Part shown: positions 17,126 to 24,665 of the stretch, in pieces
Position numbering within the stretch: position 1 is the stretch's first letter
How the letters are laid out: every line of letters starts with the position of its first letter
Program-made: the position numbers and the translations under genes
From: Dickeya solani IPO 2222
Lineage (GTDB): Bacteria; Pseudomonadota; Gammaproteobacteria; Enterobacterales; Enterobacteriaceae
Direction: 5' to 3'
Length of the DNA stretch: 32,000 bases
NCBI RefSeq assembly: GCF_001644705.1
Contig: NZ_CP015137.1
Coordinates: forward strand, 3,840,001-3,872,000
Notes under the pieces: model-generated
What the model saw: only the letters and a program-made list of their open reading frames with translations
Database searches by the model: none
Told to the model about the DNA's origin: nothing

Positions 17126-17401
17126 ATGTGTCTGGGAATTCCGGGGCAGGTGGTGGAATGGGCGTCAGCGGATCATCAACTGGCGTGGGTGGATGTGTGC
17201 GGCGTGCGGCGCGAGGTCAATGTGGCGCTGGTGTTGGAAGACGGGCAACCGTCATCGCTGATCGGCCAGTGGGTGCTGGTGCACGTCGGGTTTGCCATGA
17301 GCCGGCTGGACGAGCAGGAAGCGCGCGATACGCTGGATGCGCTACGGCAGATGGAAGAAGTGGAGTCGGATGTCGGCGTTTTTCTTGCCAAATCAGTTTA
17401 G
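17126..17401 (+). CDS. hypC: HypC/HybG-family [NiFe]-hydrogenase maturation chaperone
   Basis: 91 aa from ATG 17126, giving the obligatory N-terminal Met-Cys ([11 protein letters not shown]...). AGGA lies upstream. [12 protein letters not shown] and [11 protein letters not shown] are near-identical to E. coli HypC as recalled. The ORF-track GTG start at 17099 would bury Cys2. Confidence 0.9.
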   Translation: MCLGIPGQVVEWASADHQLAWVDVCGVRREVNVALVLEDGQPSSLIGQWVLVHVGFAMSRLDEQEARDTLDALRQMEEVESDVGVFLAKSV

Positions 17402-17521
17402 GCTGTGTCTCTTTACTATGTGTGATTACGGTACGACAGGGCTTGCCAGCGGCAGGAATAATCACAAGGCGCGGCGGTTCATCCTGACAAGCGACGCCTC
17501 TCGCCACCTGGCGGTGTCGCG

Positions 17522-18496
17522 TCAGGCGCCGGATATATCAGGAGAATGCCGGGTGACGACCGGTTCAAGCTTAATGCGCATGGCGTAAATCACGCCGACG
17601 ATCAGGCACAGAATACCGGTCAGGGTCATCAGCGGCGGCCATGACTGGCGCAATATAAAGGTATACGTCAGCGCCGACAGGGTTTCAAACACCAGTAGTG
17701 GCCCCACCAGTACGGTGGGCAGACGCTGGCTGGCGGCATTCCAACATAGGGTGCCGAGCCAGGAACTGAACAGGCCGATGACCGCTATCAGCGTGACGAA
17801 ACGCCACGGCTGTGGGCCGAACGGCAGCGCAAAATCCGGTGTCGTGACGGCGAGGTAACTGTTGACCAGGATGAACCCGACCAGTGCGGTCGGCAGCGTC
17901 GCCAGACCCTGCGCGGTGGCCCAGGTGGAAGGCTGTCGCTGCGGGTTCTGGCGCAGCCAGCGCGCGTTGCGCAGCGGATACCATGTCCAGCAGACGAGCG
18001 CCAGCAGCGCCAGTGCCATACCGCCAAGGTAACGCCCGGTTGGCACGTCGGCCGCTTCACCGTTCAGCTCCGCCAGATTTACCAGCAGTAAACCCAGCGC
18101 GATCAGCAGCAGCGCCGGAACCAGCCGCCGCCAGGGCATGCGCCCATCGTGGCGGCCGTACAACAGGTTGGCGCTGACCGCCATCACCACCGGCAACGTG
18201 CCGATCAGCATACTGGTAATCGGCACGCCGATGCGTTGAATCGCCGCGGTCAGGAACAGGTAATAAAGCAGATTGCCCACCGTCGCCAGCTTGAATGCCT
18301 CCAGCCAGTCGCGGTGCGTCAGTTGTTGCAACCGTTTTCGGTCCACCCATGCCAGCGGCAATACGATTAGCCCGAACGCCAGGTAGCGCCCGGTGGACAA
18401 CTGCATGGCAGGATAGTCCGGCACCAGCAGCGGCGCGACAAACACCAGTCCCCACATCAGCCCGGCGGATAGGGCAAAAAAAATCCCACTTAGCAT
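17522..18496 (-). CDS. ytfF: EamA/DMT-family inner membrane transporter, YtfF-like
   Basis: 324 aa, with about 10 hydrophobic segments. MLSGIFFALSAGLMWGLVFVAPLLVPDYPAM, RNARWLRQNP and LPTVLVGPLLVFETLSALTYTFILRQ are colinear with my recollection of E. coli YtfF. Confidence 0.75.
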   Translation of the reverse strand: MLSGIFFALSAGLMWGLVFVAPLLVPDYPAMQLSTGRYLAFGLIVLPLAWVDRKRLQQLTHRDWLEAFKLATVGNLLYYLFLTAAIQRIGVPITSMLIGTLPVVMAVSANLLYGRHDGRMPWRRLVPALLLIALGLLLVNLAELNGEAADVPTGRYLGGMALALLALVCWTWYPLRNARWLRQNPQRQPSTWATAQGLATLPTALVGFILVNSYLAVTTPDFALPFGPQPWRFVTLIAVIGLFSSWLGTLCWNAASQRLPTVLVGPLLVFETLSALTYTFILRQSWPPLMTLTGILCLIVGVIYAMRIKLEPVVTRHSPDISGA

Positions 18497-18709
18497 GTTT
18501 TTTCCTGTTGATACTTTTATATGCCCGCCATCACGCGTGTGGCGAAAAGCAACCGCACACTATAGCCGTGCGACGGACAAGCTGTGCGACGGATAATACG
18601 CAGCGATATATCACAAAAAGTTATAAATAGTAAGTTTTCCTTATTTGTACGGAATAACAATACTTCGTATGAATAGTGATAACAAGAACGACGGACAAGG
18701 GACAAGGGC

Positions 18710-19663
18710 GTGAACTTTCAACAACTGAAGATTATCCGTGAGTCGGCGCGGTGCAACTATAACCTGACCGAAGTCGCCAATACCCTGTTCACTTCCCAGT
18801 CTGGCGTGAGTCGCCACATCCGCGAGCTGGAAGAAGAACTGGGTATTGAGATTTTTATCCGCCGCGGCAAGCGCCTGCTGGGCATGACGGAACCGGGCAA
18901 AGAGTTGCTGGTCATGGCCGAGCGTATTCTCAACGACGCCAACCATATCAGGCGGTTGGCGAATCTGTTCAGCGACAATGACGTCGGGCAACTGGTGATC
19001 GCCACCACCCACACCCAGGCGCGCTACAGCCTGCCGGGGGTGATCAAGGAGTTTCGCGCGCTCTATCCGCAGGTGCAACTGGTGCTTAATCAGGGCACGC
19101 CGGACGAAATCGTGGCGATGCTGGAATCCGGCGAGGCGGACATTGGCATCGCCACCGAGCAACTGATGAACGTGAATTCGCTGGCGGCATTTCCTTATTA
19201 CCGCTGGCATCATGCCATTCTGGTGCCGGAAGGGCACGCGTTGGCGGAAGAGCCGGTGGTCACGCTGGATAAGCTCAGCGCGGTGCCGCTGATTACGTAC
19301 CGGCAGGGCATCACCGGCCGCTCCCGTATCGATCGGGCGTTCGCCGCCGCCGGCCTGACGCCGCATATTTCCATCAGCGCGCAGGACTCGGATGTGATCA
19401 AGACCTATGTCGAACTGGGGCTGGGGGTGGGCATCGTCGCCGACATGTCGTTTGACGCCACGCGCGATCCCGGTCTGGTGCGGCTGGATGCACACCATCT
19501 GTTTGAAGCCAGCACGGTCTGGCTCGGTCTCAAACGCGGGCAGTTGCAGCGCAACCACACCTGGAAGTTCATTCAACTGTGCAACCCGGAACTGACGCAG
19601 GATGACATCAAAGCCCGGGTGTTCGCTGAAGATAACGAACCGGCGATCGATTATCAGATCTGA
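18710..19663 (+). CDS. cbl: LysR-type regulator Cbl (CysB-like, sulfonate-sulfur utilisation)
   Basis: 317 aa with a GTG start. MNFQQLKIIRESARCNYNLTEVANTLFTSQSGVSRHIRELEEELGIEIF...WLGLKRGQLQRN...IDYQI is almost colinear with E. coli Cbl as recalled. AAGGG lies 8 nt upstream of the GTG. Confidence 0.85.
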   Translation: MNFQQLKIIRESARCNYNLTEVANTLFTSQSGVSRHIRELEEELGIEIFIRRGKRLLGMTEPGKELLVMAERILNDANHIRRLANLFSDNDVGQLVIATTHTQARYSLPGVIKEFRALYPQVQLVLNQGTPDEIVAMLESGEADIGIATEQLMNVNSLAAFPYYRWHHAILVPEGHALAEEPVVTLDKLSAVPLITYRQGITGRSRIDRAFAAAGLTPHISISAQDSDVIKTYVELGLGVGIVADMSFDATRDPGLVRLDAHHLFEASTVWLGLKRGQLQRNHTWKFIQLCNPELTQDDIKARVFAEDNEPAIDYQI

Positions 19664-19693
19664 CAAGCGGCGATTCAGCCGCCCGCACCCAAA

Positions 19694-19740
19694 ATCCCGG
19701 CCGCGTGATGTTCCTGCGCGGTCGGATTTTTTTGTGTTTT
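19694..19740 (+). terminator. Rho-independent terminator of cbl
   Basis: ATCCCGGCCGCG (19694-19705) pairs with CGCGGTCGGAT (19717-19727), with one bulge and one G-U pair. It is followed by TTTTTTTGTGTTTTT. Confidence 0.65.
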
Positions 19741-20099
19741 TCGGCGGCGTAAGGTCAGCCAGCGCACAGTGACGAAACGCATAATTATGAAAAAATCCCC
19801 GAACGTAGCGCTTGATCTCAGGGGGAGGGGATAGTAGCATGCCGCGGCATAACAACAGGTTATGCCTTTTTATTTTCTTTTGCGATACAAATAGTTGCGC
19901 GTTTTAATTGAATAACTATTTGATTACGCACTCTGTTTTGGTGAGTCACGTGTTTGCCTGTGGGTCACGTAATTGTGCAAAAAATAACCTTCACCTCTCC
20001 CCTTCATCTGTAGTCGTTCAGCATTCGCAGGAATGTCCGGTGGCAGTGATGTAGCCATCGGCAAGTCGTCGCAGGGAGTACAGACAATGGATTCGTATC

Positions 20100-21416
20100 A
20101 TGAAAAAACAGAAAGTTAGCCTGGCCTGGCAAATTCTTATCGCGTTGTTCATCGGTATTGCCGTTGGCGCCTGGTTGCATGAAAACCCGGCCGACAAACA
20201 ATGGTTGATCGCCAACGTCCTGAGCCCGGCCGGGGATATTTTTATCCGGTTGATTAAGATGATTGTGGTACCGATTGTTATCACCACGCTGGTGGTGGGC
20301 ATCGCCGGCGTCGGCGACGCCAAAAAACTGGGGCGCATCGGTTTCAAAACCATCCTGTATTTTGAAATTATTACCACGCTGGCGATTGTGATCGGCATTA
20401 CGCTGGCCAATGTATTCCAGCCGGGGCACGGCATTGATATGTCGATGCTCACCCGGGTGGACATTTCCCAGTACGAGAAAACCACCGAGCATGTGCAAAG
20501 CGGTTCGCACAGTCTGGTGAACACCATCCTGTCGCTGATTCCGTCCAACATCTTCGCCGCGCTGGCCCAAGGCGAAATGCTGCCGGTGATCTTCTTCTCG
20601 GTGCTGTTCGGTCTCGGGTTGTCGTCGCTGGCGCGCGAACAGCGTGAACCGTTGCTGAACGTGTTCCGCAGTGCGTCGGAAACCATGTTCCGCGTCACCA
20701 ATATGATCATGCGCTACGCGCCGGTCGGGGTATTTGCGCTCATTTCCGTTACTGTCGCCAACTTCGGTTTCGCCTCGTTGTGGCCGCTCGCTAAGCTGGT
20801 GATTCTGGTGTATATCGCGATTTTGTTCTTTGCGCTGGTGATAATGGGCACGGTGGCGCGGCTGTGTGGGTTGCGCATCACGACGCTGATCCGCATTTTG
20901 AAGGATGAGTTGATCCTGGCTTACTCTACCGCCAGCTCGGAAACGGTGCTGCCGCGTATTATCCAGAAGATGGAAGCCTATGGCGCGCCGAAAGCCATCA
21001 CCAGCTTTGTGGTGCCGACCGGTTATTCGTTCAATCTGGACGGCTCCACGCTGTATCAGAGTATCGCCGCTATTTTCATCGCCCAGTTGTACGGCATCGA
21101 TCTCAGCCTGTGGCAGGAACTGGTGCTGGTGTTGACGTTGATGATCACCTCCAAAGGCATTGCCGGTGTGCCGGGCGTTTCCTTTGTGGTGCTGTTGGCG
21201 ACGCTGGGTAGCGTCGGCATTCCGCTGGAAGGGCTGGCGTTTATCGCCGGGGTTGACCGCATTCTGGATATGGCGCGCACCGCGCTTAACGTAGTAGGCA
21301 ATGCGTTGGCGGTGCTGGTGGTCGCCAAATGGGAAGGGCAGTTCGACGAAGAAAAAGCGCGCGCGTACGAGCAGGAACAGGCGGCGCTGGCGGCACGTCC
21401 CGCCGGTCAGGAATAA
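20100..21416 (+). CDS. gltP: Proton/glutamate-aspartate symporter
   Basis: 438 aa. LSPAGDIFIRLIKMIVVPIVITTLVVGIAGVGDAKKLGRIG, SFVVPTGYSFNLDGSTLYQSIAAIFIAQLYGIDLS and AGVDRILDMARTALNVVGNALAVLV are near-identical to E. coli GltP as recalled. Confidence 0.95.
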   Translation: MKKQKVSLAWQILIALFIGIAVGAWLHENPADKQWLIANVLSPAGDIFIRLIKMIVVPIVITTLVVGIAGVGDAKKLGRIGFKTILYFEIITTLAIVIGITLANVFQPGHGIDMSMLTRVDISQYEKTTEHVQSGSHSLVNTILSLIPSNIFAALAQGEMLPVIFFSVLFGLGLSSLAREQREPLLNVFRSASETMFRVTNMIMRYAPVGVFALISVTVANFGFASLWPLAKLVILVYIAILFFALVIMGTVARLCGLRITTLIRILKDELILAYSTASSETVLPRIIQKMEAYGAPKAITSFVVPTGYSFNLDGSTLYQSIAAIFIAQLYGIDLSLWQELVLVLTLMITSKGIAGVPGVSFVVLLATLGSVGIPLEGLAFIAGVDRILDMARTALNVVGNALAVLVVAKWEGQFDEEKARAYEQEQAALAARPAGQE

Positions 21417-21437
21417 TCCTGCCGTGTGACGTCAAAT

Positions 21438-21462
21438 AACCGGGCTTCGGCCCGGTTTTTTT
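21438..21462 (+). terminator. Rho-independent terminator of gltP
   Basis: AACCGGGC-ttcg-GCCCGGTT, a perfect 8-bp stem with a tetraloop, followed by TTTTTTT. Confidence 0.85.
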
Positions 21463-21553
21463 ATGGCGGCAGACCGCGGCCTTTCATCATGTGCGGTCGC
21501 CAGCGGCGGTGGGGGAGAATGGAATGGTGCATACTGATGGCAGGAGAGGTGTT

Positions 21554-22324
21554 ATGGATTTATCCGATGAAATGATTCACGACCTTAACGGTATCGCAAA
21601 CTGGCTGGCGCTGGATGATTTTCCGCAGGCGAAAACCATGAATCCCGACCTGATGATCATCGCCGGTCATGCCATTTTGCCCAATATTTTCGGCGCGCTG
21701 ACACTGGCGAAGAACGCGGATATTCCGGTCTTATTGAGCGGCGGGTTCGGGCATTCAACGGTGTTGTTGCAACAGGCGGTAAAAAATAACCGCCTGACCG
21801 CCGCGATTGATACTGCGGGTAAAGGCGAGGCAGAAATCCTTTTCAGCATCGCCATGACCGTATTCGATATCGCCGCGGATAACCTATTTATTGAGAGCGC
21901 CTCCAGAAACTGTGGCGAAAACGCCGACTTTAGCCGGGAGTTGGTGCTTGATAAAAAAATAGCGCGCCAGGAAATTATTCTGGTGCAGGATCCCCTGATG
22001 CAACGGCGTACGACAGAAACCTTCCTGTTCAGCTGGAATAAGAAGGGAATGCACAGCCGGTTTATCAGTTGGCCGGTGTTTACCCCTTCGATCATTATAA
22101 TTGGCGGCGAACCGATGATTACCGGCGGACAGATGCCGGAGGTGTGGGAGATGGAGCGTTATATCGCGATGGTTTTAGGTGAGGTTAAACGCCTGAGAGA
22201 TGACCAGAACGGCTATGGCCCGTCAGGCGCCGGTTTTATTGGGCATGTGGATATACCTGACGACGTCACGCGGGCATGGGAACGACTGATGAGAAATCCG
22301 TGGCTGAGTGAGAGCGTCAGATAA
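21554..22324 (+). CDS. YdcF-like DUF218 family protein
   Basis: 256 aa from ATG 21554 (AGGAGAGG upstream); the ORF-track GTG 21491 is unlikely. IANWLALDDF, IPVLLSGGFGHSTVLL, SRNCGENA, ILVQDPLMQRRT and RLRDDQNGYGPSGAGFIGHVDIPDDVTRAW parallel E. coli YdcF as recalled. The gene is AT-richer than the core genes. Confidence 0.75.
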   Translation: MDLSDEMIHDLNGIANWLALDDFPQAKTMNPDLMIIAGHAILPNIFGALTLAKNADIPVLLSGGFGHSTVLLQQAVKNNRLTAAIDTAGKGEAEILFSIAMTVFDIAADNLFIESASRNCGENADFSRELVLDKKIARQEIILVQDPLMQRRTTETFLFSWNKKGMHSRFISWPVFTPSIIIIGGEPMITGGQMPEVWEMERYIAMVLGEVKRLRDDQNGYGPSGAGFIGHVDIPDDVTRAWERLMRNPWLSESVR

Positions 22325-22340
22325 CGGTTCTTCCATGCTG

Positions 22341-22368
22341 ACAGGCCACGCGATGTGGCCTGTTGTTT
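22341..22368 (+). terminator. Rho-independent terminator after the ydcF-like gene
   Basis: ACAGGCCAC-gcgat-GTGGCCTGT, a perfect 9-bp stem, followed by TGTTT. Confidence 0.6.
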
Positions 22369-22446
22369 AAGACCCGATGGCTATAACCGATAGCGACTAT
22401 CTTGTATAGTCAGCGGTATTCCGGTAATACGCTCAGGAGTTATCCC

Positions 22447-23436
22447 ATGAAAATCGCGCTGGTAGGGGCAGGTAAAATTGTGCTGTCCTGCCTTGATGCA
22501 TTAAAAGACATTGAGGGCATTGATATTGCGGCCTTATGCGTCCGGCAGGGAAGTCTGCAAAAAGGCGAAGCATTAAAAAGCCAATATAATATTCATTCGA
22601 TTTATACCGACTATGATCTCCTGTTGCAGGATAGCAACATTGATTTTGTTTATCTTGGTATACCCAATCACCTGCATTTTTCCTATTCGCATAAAGCGTT
22701 GTCCGCCGGAAAGCATGTCATTTGTGAAAAACCGTTCACGTCGAATTATGCGCAATTGCTGGAACTGGTCACACTGGCAAAATCAACGGGACGTTATCTT
22801 TTTGAAGCCATCACTTCGATCCACACGCCCGGCTTTGTTTACCTGGAGGCTAATGTCGCTGAAATTGGTGAAGTTAAGCTTGTACAGGCAAATTATTCTC
22901 AATATTCAAGCCGCTATAATGACTACGTTAACGGCACGGTACATCCGGCGTTTGACCCTGCCAAATCAGGCGGCGCGCTTTACGATATCAACTTATATAA
23001 TATTTATAATGTCTGCGCCTTATTTGGGGCGCCGGAGAGCGTGAGTTATCGCTGTAATAAGGGACATAACGGCATTGACACTTCCGGTATTCTGGTCATG
23101 AATTACGGGGGATTTATTGCTGTTTGTAGCGGTGCGAAAGATTCAGCCAGTCCGGGTTATTTCACCGTTCAGGGGACGGCTGGCTATGTGAAAGTTACCG
23201 ATATACCGAGCGTATGTAAGCATGTTGAATTTTCGAAAGCGGGAACACTGATAAAACATGACGACACGACTGATAAGAATCACATGATTTATGAATTTGA
23301 GGCGTTCAGGGATATTGCCAACGCACAGGATATGTCCCGGTGCTATGAATTGCTGGATATTGCCCTGAATGTCTCTAAGGTGCTGGAGCAGGCCAGAGAA
23401 TGTTGTGGCATTGATTTCCCTCTCACACAGCAATAA
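22447..23436 (+). CDS. Gfo/Idh/MocA-family NAD(P)-dependent oxidoreductase
   Basis: 329 aa from ATG 22447 (AGGAG 7 nt upstream). It has an N-terminal Rossmann motif MKIALVGAGKI and the family EKP motif (HVICEKPF). A spot count on 22621-22680 gives 22/60 G+C. Confidence 0.85.
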   Translation: MKIALVGAGKIVLSCLDALKDIEGIDIAALCVRQGSLQKGEALKSQYNIHSIYTDYDLLLQDSNIDFVYLGIPNHLHFSYSHKALSAGKHVICEKPFTSNYAQLLELVTLAKSTGRYLFEAITSIHTPGFVYLEANVAEIGEVKLVQANYSQYSSRYNDYVNGTVHPAFDPAKSGGALYDINLYNIYNVCALFGAPESVSYRCNKGHNGIDTSGILVMNYGGFIAVCSGAKDSASPGYFTVQGTAGYVKVTDIPSVCKHVEFSKAGTLIKHDDTTDKNHMIYEFEAFRDIANAQDMSRCYELLDIALNVSKVLEQARECCGIDFPLTQQ

Positions 23437-23463
23437 CCCGCCGCCGGTCTGCGCGGCGGCGGG
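23437..23463. terminator. GC hairpin between the convergent oxidoreductase gene and yghU (possible bidirectional terminator)
   Basis: CCCGCCGCC (23437-23445), 9-nt loop, GGCGGCGGG (23455-23463). It starts directly after the TAA and ends 10 nt before the yghU stop. There is no clear U-tract on either side. Confidence 0.4.
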
Positions 23464-23473
23464 ATGAGCGCGA

Positions 23474-24337
23474 TCAGCGTGGGGTCGACAGTTTGTCCTG
23501 CGTTTGCGTCTCGAAGTCGCTGGCGTCGTGGCGCTCATGCAACTGGGTGGCAGGATCGCCGCTCAGGCGGTTGACCATGCGGCCGCGCTGAACCGCTGGG
23601 CGAGCGAGAATGGCGTCCGCCCAGCGCTGCACATGCGGGTATTCGTGGACGGACAGAAATTCGGCGCCGTCATAAAGCCAGCCTTTCACCAGACCGCCGT
23701 ACCAGGGAAACGCGGCGATGTCGGCGATGGTGTAGTGGGAACCGGCCAGGTATTCGCTTTGCGCAAGCCGCTGATCGAGGACATCGAGCAGGCGTTTGGT
23801 TTCCATTGCGAAGCGATCAATGGCGTATTCGATCTTGATCGGCGCATAGGCGTAGAAATGGCCGAAGCCGCCGCCAAGATAGGGTGCGCTGCCCATCTGC
23901 CAGAACAGCCAGGACAGGCATTCGGCGCGTTCAGCGGCGTCGGTCGGCAGGAATTCGCCAAACTTCTCCGCCAGATAAAGCAAAATAGCGCCTGACTCAA
24001 ATACCCGCACCGGCTGCGGCCCGGAGTGGTCCACGAGCGCCGGGATCTTAGAATTGGGGTTGGCTGCCACGAAGCCGCTGCTGAACTGATCGCCGTTGCC
24101 GATTTTGATTAGCCAGGCGTCGTATTCCGCACCGCTATGACCCCGCGCCAGCAGTTCTTCCAGCAAGATCGTCACTTTCTGGCCGTTTGGCGTCGCCAGC
24201 GAATAGAGCTGGAGCGGATGACGACCAATCGGCAGGGCTTTGTCGTGCGTGGCGCCGGCGATTGGGCGATTGAGGCCGCCGCTGGCTTTATTCCAGGTCC
24301 AGACTTTCGGTGGTACGTATTCGGATGAATCAGTCAT
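23474..24337 (-). CDS. yghU: Nu-class glutathione S-transferase / disulfide-bond reductase YghU
   Basis: 287 aa. KVWTWNKASGG, HPLQLYSLATPNGQKVTILLEELL, AEYDAWLIKIGNGDQFSSGFV, GGGFGHFYAYAPIKIEYAIDRF and LHERHDASDFETQT are colinear with E. coli YghU as recalled. Confidence 0.9.
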   Translation of the reverse strand: MTDSSEYVPPKVWTWNKASGGLNRPIAGATHDKALPIGRHPLQLYSLATPNGQKVTILLEELLARGHSGAEYDAWLIKIGNGDQFSSGFVAANPNSKIPALVDHSGPQPVRVFESGAILLYLAEKFGEFLPTDAAERAECLSWLFWQMGSAPYLGGGFGHFYAYAPIKIEYAIDRFAMETKRLLDVLDQRLAQSEYLAGSHYTIADIAAFPWYGGLVKGWLYDGAEFLSVHEYPHVQRWADAILARPAVQRGRMVNRLSGDPATQLHERHDASDFETQTQDKLSTPR

Positions 24338-24620
24338 GCAAACCTCCTGATAATCACATTCGGCAGGGAAAGGACACTTAACGAAGTGGACGTACCAGAT
24401 TAACCTACGCCTACACCGGTAGTGTTGCTATTGGTGCCGGGCGTATTTTTCCAACTGTGGCGTTACGTTGTCGTCGTTCATTACCCGCCGGTTTAGCATC
24501 AGCGCGAGCTGTTATCGGCATAGCGCTGATATCGCCGCGCTTCTTCGGCCGGTTCCTCTGCCCGCTGGCGTATCAAGGCTGACGTGTCTCGTCCCCATTT
24601 CGGTAGATCACCTGCGTTCA

Positions 24621-24665
24621 TTATCTGAATACGCACTATCTGAATACGCGCTATCTGAAGGCATA
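24621..24665 (-). repeat. 3 x 15-bp tandem repeat spanning the stop codon of the autotransporter gene; each unit ends in an in-frame stop
   Basis: Plus-strand units are ttatctgaatacgca / ctatctgaatacgcg / ctatctgaaggcata. The minus strand reads tat gcc ttc aga TAG | cgc gta ttc aga TAG | tgc gta ttc aga TAA. Confidence 0.9.

Noticed and set aside
17491-17520. Hairpin GCGACGCC...GGTGTCGC between the convergent hypC and ytfF-like genes, considered as a bidirectional terminator
   Set aside because: The stem has a G-U pair and an internal loop, and neither strand shows a U-tract. This is not strong enough to call.
18641-19855. 404-aa ORF on the minus strand, the longest unexplained ORF in the track
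   Set aside because: It lies exactly antisense to the well-supported cbl gene. Its translation is Arg/Gly/His/Pro-rich with no recognisable motif, as expected for the mirror frame of a GC-rich gene.
24338-24620. About 280 bp of unannotated DNA between yghU and the autotransporter, with a short ORF (MNDDNVTPQLEKYARHQ, minus strand) and an 8-bp inverted repeat (ATCAGCGC 24498-24505 / GCGCTGAT 24523-24530), considered as a gene remnant or small RNA
   Set aside because: No frame stays open beyond ~17 codons, and I see no convincing promoter or terminator pair. This is insufficient evidence for a pseudogene or an ncRNA.
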